From a virus: a DNA stretch of 64,000 nt. The stretch is taken from IMG/VR virus record IMGVR_UViG_3300025383_000015, positions 1 to 64,000 of that record; one strand, 5' to 3'. The notes under the pieces are model-generated. The model saw only the letters and a program-made list of their open reading frames with translations. It was not told where the DNA came from and did not search any database. Each line of letters opens with the position of its first letter. Positions within the stretch are counted from its first letter, which is position 1. The position numbers and the translations under genes are program-made. This document shows, one piece after another, positions 19,906-27,963 of this stretch.

Positions 19906-20406
19906 ATGTCAAAAATAGTGAAATTAAGCAAAGAAGAGGTCAGAGCCTGCGCGGATGTAGCCCTTAATCGTTGGATGATGAAGTTTGGCTCTGTGGATCG
20001 CCCTAATTATGCAGGGGATAACAAACTTAAATTAGAGCCAGAGATTGCCGCTAACGTCCGATCTATCGTTGCTGAGTATGCCGTAGCCAAGTTGTATAAG
20101 CAGGCATTTACATTTCCGTTCTATCCCAACGAAGAACACCCATTTAGACAAGATATTGCCGATGTCGGAACAAATATCGAGGTAAAGTCAATTCGCACTC
20201 GTGATGAGATCCCAGTATTTCCTAAAGATATTCGACCAGGATGGTTGCTGGTAGGCGCTCGCGTGCTAGACCGTGACTACTACTCAGAGGTAGAAGTATT
20301 TGGTTGGATCAGAATGGAAGATGTACAACGAGATGAATGGCTCTATGCGCCAGAAGGTTCGTGGAGAATTCCACTCAATCAGTTTAGTGACGATCCTATT
20401 TCGTAA
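19906..20406 (+). CDS. Hypothetical protein, possible PD-(D/E)XK nuclease fold
   Basis: AEYAVA...ADV..NIEVKS. Confidence 0.5.
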   Translation: MSKIVKLSKEEVRACADVALNRWMMKFGSVDRPNYAGDNKLKLEPEIAANVRSIVAEYAVAKLYKQAFTFPFYPNEEHPFRQDIADVGTNIEVKSIRTRDEIPVFPKDIRPGWLLVGARVLDRDYYSEVEVFGWIRMEDVQRDEWLYAPEGSWRIPLNQFSDDPIS

Positions 20407-20501
20407 TTACTTAGCGATTTCACAGATGCACTTGCAAGAATCAACGGTGCAAACGCCGCTATCCATCTCGTGAAAGCATTTTGCGCAGGTGTACTTGACA
20501 C

Positions 20502-21104
20502 TCACTGGTATTTCCGATCACGCTGCGCCTCTTCCATTGAGTCAAAGTGCTTAACAGGGAAGAAGTGGTTCTTAAACTGTTCAGCAGCAAGAGAGATGCG
20601 GTGATGACCGCCCAAGATTTGTGGCTTACGACTTGTACTCATAGTAGGTGTTTCTACTGATACGTGACCTTGAGGTGCACCCTTGGCCTTAGAAACAGAC
20701 TCAATAGATGATTCGGCACGGATACCTTTGCGAGCAAGGTATGGGCCGTTAAGATCACGCCATGCGCCACTGCGGTCGCGGTCAAACGCGTCCTTGCCGT
20801 AACGCTCGACACCTGTCATCTTAGATTCTTTTAACTTGCGATCCCATACTTCGTGGTCGCTCTCGCTTGCGAACACATTGTTAGGTAGCGGATTGCGATC
20901 GCCCTCAAATGGAGCATAGTGCTCTTTTAGTTCGCCACCAGTCATGAACATAGGCATATTGCCTTTAGCAATCTCGTGCCCTAGACCAAAGGCCTCCTGA
21001 CGAGATGCCTGCCTCTTACGAGTGTACGTCGCAAGACTCGACTCTGGAGCAGGGTTCTTCATTGGTTCATCTGAACCACCAATTGTCATCTGACTCCATG
21101 CCAT
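20502..21104 (-). CDS. Protein with ParB/Srx-like C-terminus
   Basis: ILGGHHRISLA...FPV; leaderless start MAWSQ at 21104. Confidence 0.5.
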   Translation of the reverse strand: MAWSQMTIGGSDEPMKNPAPESSLATYTRKRQASRQEAFGLGHEIAKGNMPMFMTGGELKEHYAPFEGDRNPLPNNVFASESDHEVWDRKLKESKMTGVERYGKDAFDRDRSGAWRDLNGPYLARKGIRAESSIESVSKAKGAPQGHVSVETPTMSTSRKPQILGGHHRISLAAEQFKNHFFPVKHFDSMEEAQRDRKYQ

Positions 21105-21173
21105 GGCATAAGTATGAAACACGGGGCGCATTTTTTAAGCACAAATGCTCTCGCGCCCCCAGGTTATTTCTTC

Positions 21174-21518
21174 CTAGAGTGCAGTACGACCATAATCATC
21201 ATCCAACCGCACGATGTCATCCTCACTCAATACATCACCCAGTTGCACCTCAATAAATACCAAAGGCTCACTGCCTGTATTGGCAATACGATGCGCATCC
21301 CCCTTGTCAATCACGAAGGCATCACCCACCTGGCATGGTGCATCCTGATCGTTGAATGTCACCGTTCCTTGGCCCGAAACAATCACCCAGTACTAAGAGC
21401 GATGCTCATGTGTTTGGTAGGAGAGTCGTTGGCCTGGTTCCACGGTGAGTGTCTTTACTTGGTGGTTTCCATTGTTATGGATGATTGTGTAACTTCCCCA
21501 TGGGCGGGTTTCTGTCAT
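21174..21518 (-). pseudogene. Cupin (mannose-6-phosphate isomerase type II C-terminal-like) with in-frame TAG
   Basis: MTETRPWG...PGQRLSYQTHEHRS*YWVIVSG...HRIAN...IEVQLG..LSEDDIVRLDDDYGR; TAG at 21393-21395. Confidence 0.8.
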
Positions 21519-21980
21519 TTGTTATCCTCTTGATTCTCTGGGGCGGTCTCTGGCGTGTAGCGATCTTCCAAATAAAAGATATAGTCGGTGATTGTCTCGA
21601 TCTCATGCACCAGTGCAGGATCATGGCTGACCATTGACTTGAGAGTCAGTAGTCGTTCTAGTACGAGTTTCTTATAGTCCATCTGGCTCATCCTGAATCG
21701 TGGCCTTCTTTAACTTCTTCTTTAGTTTGTCATTTTTCTTCTTGAGGCGCTTGTTCTCCTCATAGAGGCTGACTAACTCTTGCAGGCGGGCCAATTCTGC
21801 TGATGATGGCTCGATCATATCTGTCATGCTAGGTCCTTCTCACAGAGGAGACAAAATACTCTCTCTGATACTTGGCTGATTACTTTGCGGTGTAATCCTA
21901 GGGCGCACTCTACTTTGTGAAATAGATGGCGATACTTTGTTGGGATTGCTAGGGCGATCTTTTCTCGTGTGCGGATCATG

Positions 21981-22223
21981 CTAACTCCTTCTCAATAGGT
22001 TAAGTACGTCTTCTACAATATCGCCAGAGTATAGGTGAGCATATCTAGTTCGATAGTTGCGCCAACTTCTACAGGCATCATCGGTGCAGGTTTCCTTATC
22101 GTGGCCCTTAATGGTAGGGCCATGGCTCATCCACATACCGCAATCGCAAAAATCCCCACCATGCGGGCCAATGCCCCAATCGGTGCTTTTTGGGTAACCG
22201 TGCCTATTACAAAAATCGCTCAA
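21981..22223 (-). CDS. Small Cys/His-rich protein
   Basis: ORF in a packed run of small genes. Confidence 0.45.
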   Translation of the reverse strand: MSDFCNRHGYPKSTDWGIGPHGGDFCDCGMWMSHGPTIKGHDKETCTDDACRSWRNYRTRYAHLYSGDIVEDVLNLLRRS

Positions 22224-22468
22224 GATAACTCCTTCTCAATGGCTTGGATGGTAGGGCAGGGGTATGGCATTTCAATTACTGAAATTGAACAAGCCTTACA
22301 CAGTTTGTTATTAGGCTTATGCATTTCCACCACTTTTTGAAGGGCAAAATAACTCTGCTGTATCAATATCCTGTGTTCTGTACCTGCATCAGACTGGTCC
22401 ATAGAGTTGTGGTTAAACATCTTCCAGTAACGCTGTTCTAGTTTTGCTAGCAATTGATCGTGTGTCAT
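22220..22468 (-). CDS. Hypothetical phage protein
   Basis: MTHDQLLAK...VVEMHKP...CKAC...YPCPTIQAIEKEL. Confidence 0.65.
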   Translation of the reverse strand: MTHDQLLAKLEQRYWKMFNHNSMDQSDAGTEHRILIQQSYFALQKVVEMHKPNNKLCKACSISVIEMPYPCPTIQAIEKELS

Positions 22469-22816
22469 GACTTCTTCTTATCTGTGCCGTCACCTTTGTA
22501 TTTGCCGAGTACCCAATCGACATTCTGATTAAGGAGTGGATACAGAAACTCTTTAGGACTTCGTATAAAGAAGTCGTGTTGCATCAATACAGTAAATACT
22601 TGGAGGCGGACTTCTGCGATGAACTTATCGTCGTACTTCATAGGTTTTCCTTTGCCCATTCTTCCCAGTACTCCCAGAACTCAGTGATATCAAGTGATTG
22701 ATCCGCTGACAACTCTTCAAGATATTCGAAGAAGTCATCATCTATCAGAATGATAGGCAGATCAATTAAATCGTTTGGTGAGTCATATAGATGCAAGACA
22801 GGTTTTACGGCAGCCA

Positions 22817-23011
22817 TTATGGTTTGACCGTCTTCTCTAGATACTCGATGACTTCGCAGTCAACATCGCATAGGTCGTTACTAATGATCTCGGCGACATA
22901 GGTAGATGCCACAGATTGTCTAATAGCCTGAACTAACTCTTCTCCCAGGTCTAATTGCCAGTTGTGGTACTTAGTCCAAGGCTTGCGCAGTGTGTACCCA
23001 AAGATTCTCAT
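22817..23011 (-). CDS. Hypothetical protein
   Basis: ATGA overlap with the HNH gene. Confidence 0.5.
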   Translation of the reverse strand: MRIFGYTLRKPWTKYHNWQLDLGEELVQAIRQSVASTYVAEIISNDLCDVDCEVIEYLEKTVKP

Positions 23012-23457
23012 TCTCTTCCCGCCTCTATCTCTTGGCGTGTGATACGCCGTTTATATGTCCGAATACGATGGTGATTGGCGCAGACTATATCGCATTTGTC
23101 TAACTCGTCGAGTGTCTCTTGGATCGTGTTGGTGCGATACATCTTGGATATCTCGGTCAATTTGACGCCCCTGACATGGTCGGCGTCTAATACATAATAG
23201 GGGTGCTTTCCTGGATAGCCCTCATCGCGGCAATCCTGGCAACCCTTCTCTTCCTTGTACTTATTGACAAAGTCTTTGAGATTGGCGCGGTATGTGCGAC
23301 TGCGCTTAATGGTCTTATCTTTCTGACCTGGAGAGAATATATAGGAGAGGCTGGATTTAGATACGCCAACTATCTCTTGTATCTTGCGAAATGACTTGCC
23401 CTCTTCTCTCAGTTTGAGAATAAGGGCGCGTTTTTCTTCTGGTAATTTCTTTGGCAC
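23008..23457 (-). CDS. HTH plus HNH endonuclease
   Basis: GKSFRKIQEIVGVSKSSL HTH; CQDC...LDADH...CDIVCANHHRIRT. Confidence 0.8.
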   Translation of the reverse strand: MPKKLPEEKRALILKLREEGKSFRKIQEIVGVSKSSLSYIFSPGQKDKTIKRSRTYRANLKDFVNKYKEEKGCQDCRDEGYPGKHPYYVLDADHVRGVKLTEISKMYRTNTIQETLDELDKCDIVCANHHRIRTYKRRITRQEIEAGRE

Positions 23458-23504
23458 TGGATCAACCTATACCAACGGTATAGACCTAACAGTACGAAAC
23501 GCCG

Positions 23505-23575
23505 CTCCCAGGCCTGGACTCGAACCAAGATACTCGCCTCCAAAGGGCGATGTCCTACCATTAGACGACCTGGGA
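23505..23575 (-). tRNA. tRNA-Gln (anticodon TTG), CCA not encoded
   Basis: TCCCAGG/CCTGGGA acceptor, TAATGG D-loop, TCGCC-CTTTGGA-GGCGA anticodon arm, GGTTCGAGTCC T-arm. Confidence 0.95.
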
Positions 23576-23588
23576 TAGGAGAGTGATC

Positions 23589-23699
23589 CTAGCCCAAACT
23601 GTTGGCGGCTACAGGTGTATCTGTTGGGGCAGTTCCGATGTTGTCTGACTCAGTCCGCATATCCTGCATATGGTTTTGAAACTGTTCTCTAGAGAGCAT
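23589..23699 (-). CDS. 36-aa micro-protein starting MLSREQF
   Basis: Not in the ORF track; TAATG-coupled to the upstream gene; shares the N-terminal tag. Confidence 0.55.
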   Translation of the reverse strand: MLSREQFQNHMQDMRTESDNIGTAPTDTPVAANSLG

Positions 23700-24199
23700 T
23701 ACATCAACTGCTTGAAGTGTCCTGGGTGGATATTGGTAGGAACGTAATCCTCTGTCTGGGGCGTTCCACGTCCGAAGTCCGTCATCATGGCTAGGTGACC
23801 GCCGATGCCCTGCTCTTTGTGTTCGGCTAGGTTACCTTGCCTATAGACCGTTACGGGGACGTGGGTTGCACCTGCCTGTATAGCGGCAGCCATTCTATGG
23901 TTGCCCTCACCGATGTAACCCCACTTGTTCTTGTGGTCATATGCCACCATGATGGGATTAGTAATGCCCTTGCCTGACTTGATATCCGAAGCGATGCTGT
24001 TGACGACCTCTCGGCTATTGGAGTGGGCATGCTCGCCCAGACGATCAAACTCCATCAACGGCTTTAACGAGTGAACAGAGACCATACCTGTAGCACTCTC
24101 GGTGGGGTCACCCTCTAGATGTCCCTTTCCTCCCGCATACTTCTGCTCCACATTCTCTGGGACAGGAATCCTAAACTGTTTGGAATTGAGGGCGCTCAT
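23699..24199 (-). CDS. ParB/Srx-like domain protein with N-terminal LNSKQF tag
   Basis: IASDIKSGKGITNPIMV...GEGNHRMAAA...VPV. Confidence 0.75.
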   Translation of the reverse strand: MSALNSKQFRIPVPENVEQKYAGGKGHLEGDPTESATGMVSVHSLKPLMEFDRLGEHAHSNSREVVNSIASDIKSGKGITNPIMVAYDHKNKWGYIGEGNHRMAAAIQAGATHVPVTVYRQGNLAEHKEQGIGGHLAMMTDFGRGTPQTEDYVPTNIHPGHFKQLM

Positions 24200-24429
24200 G
24201 GGTTCTGTTCCTTGTGTGCTTCCCAGGCTTCTTTCATTCCTTTTTTATCTGTCCAATTCCAAGATTGAATTGGTCCAAACTTATTAGTTTTAGTTGGATG
24301 TTTAATAGCGTAATCATCGCAGTGTTCGCATCCAAGGTTAACTCCGCCACGGTCAGTAAACTTAACCATCTTGTGGCGACGCTTGCCTGACTTGGTAAAT
24401 TGCTTGCCTAGGTTTTCTTCAGCGCTCAT
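24196..24429 (-). CDS. Small protein with NLGKQF tag
   Basis: ATGA coupling; CEHC. Confidence 0.6.
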   Translation of the reverse strand: MSAEENLGKQFTKSGKRRHKMVKFTDRGGVNLGCEHCDDYAIKHPTKTNKFGPIQSWNWTDKKGMKEAWEAHKEQNP

Positions 24430-24533
24430 TTCACGTCCTTACAGGCCTTGCAGCCACATTGTAGGTTGACACATGGGCAATCCTCGTCAGATTGCAGTAA
24501 ACCGCTTCCTTTGCACCATTCACATGCGTTCAT

Positions 24534-24890
24534 TTAGTCTTTAATCTCTTCCATAGTGGATGGGTGGTGCTTACTCAAGACGACAGCCTCGCGGAAATGG
24601 TAGGAAATGCCAGGGATGCGGTGGCGACGAACTGCTTCCTCGTCCACTCTCTTCTGTCCTACGGGCTTTACCTTGTAAATGAAGCCTGATGGACCTGATT
24701 CTGTGGTATCTCCCTCTTTCCAAGCGTAATTTTGGGCTACAAATGCGTGGGGAGTGGCATAGACGCGGTCAGGCTTGTAGTAAGGGTTGTCAGGGCGTGG
24801 GTTGTCTACCCCACGAGCAGCAGGTGACTGAATGACATCTCCTGGCTTTAGGTGCTCTGTAGACCCGTGGAAGAACTCTGAGGCGCTCAT
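24534..24890 (-). CDS. ADP-ribosyltransferase, Arr-like
   Basis: FFHGSTEHLKPGDVI...VYAT...A..YA...IYKVKPVG. Confidence 0.7.
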   Translation of the reverse strand: MSASEFFHGSTEHLKPGDVIQSPAARGVDNPRPDNPYYKPDRVYATPHAFVAQNYAWKEGDTTESGPSGFIYKVKPVGQKRVDEEAVRRHRIPGISYHFREAVVLSKHHPSTMEEIKD

Positions 24891-24979
24891 AACCTGATTT
24901 TAGGGCTACTGCCTGCCTTTGTACCCCTCAACCATGTCTCTGCCCTGGGCCTCTCCCTCGTGCGATCGCGTTTAACCAT

Positions 24980-25001
24980 GGGGGGTGGCAGGGGGTGGCG
25001 G
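24980..25001. repeat. G-tract, (GGGGGTGGC)x2
   Basis: GGGGGGTGGCAGGGGGTGGCGG. Confidence 0.85.
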
Positions 25002-25059
25002 TGTTACCAATTTGTACCTCATTACAAGTCATGTACATCGGTGTTAACACACGCGTGAA

Positions 25060-25300
25060 TGCGTGCCTGCATGCCTGCTTGGTGACAATCTTGGTGACAC
25101 GATCACTCTGCAGGCTCGGCTACTGTCGCAGAATGTTGCATGCCTGCATCGGTACGACCAGACGATCAGGTGTGCCACCCCACTAATAACAGATACGTGC
25201 ATGCGTGCATCGTTGCATCGTTGTCGCGTTGCATGCATGTGCGAATACATCGGACAACTGCACATGCAATCAATCAATACAACTCTGCATGCACTGCAAC
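25060..25300. repeat. TGCA/GCATGC-rich short-repeat array
   Basis: About 14 TGCA in ~240 bp, partly in 8-bp units. Confidence 0.8.
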
Positions 25301-25315
25301 AGATCATCACGAATC

Positions 25316-25352
25316 TATCTCTCTCTTCTTATTCTTCTTCTTCTCTCTCTAT
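25316..25352. repeat. Pyrimidine-rich mirror repeat
   Basis: TATCTCTCTCTTCTTATT-C-TTCTTCTTCTCTCTCTAT; 18-nt arms with 1 mismatch. Confidence 0.85.
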
Positions 25353-25572
25353 TTGATTATCAAACTCTGGAAGAAAAAACACTTGGCGCGATTTCACGCG
25401 ATCACGTGCCTCACGATCGTTTAACTTTCAACTAACTAATTGAATCTTCAACTAATTTTATCAATCTACTTATATCGGACATTGTGGACACGATGACTGG
25501 TCAAAGTTACTTACACCCCACAAAATATGCATATAAATCGGACATATCGACCCAATAAATGCGTGCGCCTAT

Positions 25573-25601
25573 TTGACCTTGTCCTATAAATACGGAATAG
25601 T
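25573..25601 (+). promoter_or_regulatory. Housekeeping-sigma early promoter
   Basis: TTGACC-17 bp-AATAGT at the head of the plus-strand operon. Confidence 0.6.
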
Positions 25602-25608
25602 GCTCCTT

Positions 25609-25960
25609 GTACACACGCGGTAGCGATTAGATCAGGTCAGAATCCCCTAGGGGCACCGATCGAAATCAAAGCCAGAAGTGGTAAAGGGTACAGATACACA
25701 GCAGTTAGTCGGTGTAGTGGGCAACAGTCATTAAATCCCTAGGGAACTGACCCGCGTGACGAAAACCTGCGAGGGGTATCGAATTACATAGAGAACTCAG
25801 AACACAATTAGCGGGGCTGGTCATGGACTGCCACTCAGGTGCAGGCGGTAATCAATCCGACCGACAGAACAGTGACACCAGCCCCTACTAATTGCTCCCA
25901 GAACTGTCCATGACTCGATCGTGGGCGGTTCTGGTAGCAATCTGGTGCTATCTCTACATG
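25609..25960 (+). ncRNA. Large structured RNA (ncRNA or structured leader), family unknown
   Basis: Multiple nested helices with G-U pairs, a GCGA tetraloop and a probable pseudoknot (see findings). Confidence 0.65.
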
Positions 25961-25973
25961 AAGGGCAAATCCA

Positions 25974-26102
25974 ATGACAAAGAAAAATAAATCATGCAGT
26001 CAACATGCAATCTGCGTTTCCTCCGATAGCAACTTGCCAGAGTGCAAGTGCTGGTGTGCAGAGTGCCGTCAATACTTCCGCAATCTTCGGAAGGGTGCGT
26101 AA
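25974..26102 (+). CDS. Small Cys-rich early protein
   Basis: Not in the ORF track; GAAGGG RBS; MTKKNKSCSQHAIC...CKCWCAEC. Confidence 0.5.
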   Translation: MTKKNKSCSQHAICVSSDSNLPECKCWCAECRQYFRNLRKGA

Positions 26103-26104
26103 TC

Positions 26105-26356
26105 ATGACACCACGCAAACTCACATACGATAAGGCGCGAATCGCTCGCGAATTCGCTTGGCAACGCAATTCCTGCACAACACAAGTTGAAACCGATCTT
26201 CTTGACGTGATGATCGAACGCCTTGCATTCACAATCTTCGGCAGTCGATCACGTTTTCAACGCAACGAATTCCTACGAATCGCAAACTATAAGCGCGACT
26301 TCGACGGCAAATCTTTACTTGAGCAGTACGCATCATTAGTGCAAGGAGGCAACTAA
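26105..26356 (+). CDS. Early hypothetical protein
   Basis: Start MTPRKL after GAAGGG. Confidence 0.6.
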   Translation: MTPRKLTYDKARIAREFAWQRNSCTTQVETDLLDVMIERLAFTIFGSRSRFQRNEFLRIANYKRDFDGKSLLEQYASLVQGGN

Positions 26357-26992
26357 ATGGGACTCAAGGTTCAGGGCAAGATCAGGCGCGAGTGGTCAGC
26401 CGATCACGAGATCGTGGACTACTCATACATCATCGACACAATTGACGATCTTGAGGACTTTATTGCATACAACAGGGCATACCTCGTGTCCATGGAATTT
26501 ATTGGGCAATTGAATCGAGAGAGCGAATGAGCAAAGACATATTCGGCTTCGAGTCAGCCATTCAGATCGATCACTTAACAGAAGATCAACTTCAGCAAGT
26601 CGCAGAGATATTGAAAGGATTGAAGTAAGTGGAACTTAACAACATCGACAACGATCTTGAAGTGCTACGTCATTCTGTAGCCCCTTCTCTCTATGCATTC
26701 CTTATCAGTCAACTAACGCCAGAGGTGGTAAACGCATGAACAAAGTAATCATCACAGTTTCAGGCGGTGTTGCAGAAGTAACCCAGTGTCCTGCTGGTAT
26801 TGAGGTTGAGATCATCGACTATGACAATCTGGAGATCAACTCATGAAAACACTTGCAGTAATAATTCTTGCATTAATCATCGGTGTCTGGGGAGTCGCAT
26901 TCCGACTCACTCACCACCCTGTCTACAGAGGGTGTTCATGGCAGGCAGAGGGCTATGTCTGCAAACTCGTAAAGTGGGAGGGCAATAAGTGA
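26357..26992 (+). other. Chain of five coupled micro-ORFs (26357-26530, 26527-26628, 26629-26739, 26736-26846, 26843-26992)
   Basis: Abutting or ATGA-overlapping stop/start junctions, several with RBSs; none in the ORF track. Confidence 0.6.
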
Positions 26993-27303
26993 GCACGCTA
27001 TACAAAGAGGTTCAGGGCAAGCGCACCAGCAATTCAGGTGCACTCGAATACATCGCCAATCGCCAACCATTCAAAGCCAATTCCATGGCTGGTATCTATC
27101 CGAATTCCGATTACATCGGATATGGCAGGTTGCAGAGTGATCTCGTAGCACTTCTCAATAGCCAGCAACCCCACTACATCGTCTACTCCTATGGCACGCC
27201 TATCGCGTGGCATCACTCTGGTGGCTGGGAGATACCAGCCGTCAGGTACTCAGTCACTACTAGCAAGCACCAATCACTCGTCAGAAGGGCAGTCTGGTCA
27301 TGA
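26989..27303 (+). CDS. Phage early hypothetical protein
   Basis: YIVYSYGTPIAW...YSVTTSKHQ motif. Confidence 0.7.
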   Translation: MSTLYKEVQGKRTSNSGALEYIANRQPFKANSMAGIYPNSDYIGYGRLQSDLVALLNSQQPHYIVYSYGTPIAWHHSGGWEIPAVRYSVTTSKHQSLVRRAVWS

Positions 27304-27417
27304 TCGCGTTCTTATTTATAACCTGTATAGCAGTCACACTCTTCGCGGTGTGGCTTGATCACTTACTTACTCCCGACTCAGAACTACTCCGTCAAACTCT
27401 AGAAGAGGAAGAATCCA

Positions 27418-27693
27418 ATGGGCTCTAATTTCGCGCAAGACCTCGCCTCTGGCGAATTCGTACAATCGATTGATCAACAAATCTCAATTCACTTCGCTGG
27501 TAACTGCTATCCACCAGTACCGCAATTCATGGTCGAGCCAGCAGTTAAGGCGATCAATCAGATCAACGAGGGTGACACCACTACCGAGATCGAACTACCT
27601 GCTGGTGTCGAATTCAGGAACTCATCAACCTGTACACCATGGGAGATAGTCAATGCTCTACGACTCAATGCGTGGATTAACGAGGAGGACTAA
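27418..27693 (+). CDS. Early hypothetical protein
   Basis: RBS; HFAGNCYPPVP. Confidence 0.65.
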   Translation: MGSNFAQDLASGEFVQSIDQQISIHFAGNCYPPVPQFMVEPAVKAINQINEGDTTTEIELPAGVEFRNSSTCTPWEIVNALRLNAWINEED

Positions 27694-27954
27694 GTGTACG
27701 AATTCGAATTAGATGAACTAGGCATCATGGGTGCCATGCTTGATAAGTCGCTGGAATTCGCCAACGAAACTGGTGCACCCATAGTCATAACTGCAACTCT
27801 TGAATCTGCACTCACTAAACTCAAAGCAATCATCGAGCATAGGTTAGAAGAGCACAACACATTCGTAGATATCGCTAACTCGTTAGATGATCTCTTCGAT
27901 ACATCGCAAGCAATCATCAAAGACCCAGAAGTATCTACACCCGACTACAACTAG
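27694..27954 (+). CDS. Acidic hypothetical protein
   Basis: GGAGG RBS, GTG start. Confidence 0.6.
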   Translation: MYEFELDELGIMGAMLDKSLEFANETGAPIVITATLESALTKLKAIIEHRLEEHNTFVDIANSLDDLFDTSQAIIKDPEVSTPDYN

Positions 27955-27963
27955 GAGAACAAC

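Noticed and set aside
21393-23575. Amber recoding with a suppressor tRNA
   Set aside because: The tRNA anticodon is TTG, not CTA, and TAG terminates core genes such as portal and terL
25060-25300. Possible CRISPR array
   Set aside because: No constant 23-47 bp repeat with unique spacers
24995-25435. Five overlapping Cys/His-rich ORFs
   Set aside because: Artefacts of the TGCA array; no RBS and low complexity
25747-25765. Hammerhead ribozyme (CTGA...GAAA)
   Set aside because: The core needs CUGANGA, but the sequence is CTGACCC and stem II does not fit
25609-25960. tmRNA, RNase P RNA or group I/II intron identity for the structured RNA
   Set aside because: No tRNA-like ends, no GAGGAAAGUCC and no recognisable intron core or domain V
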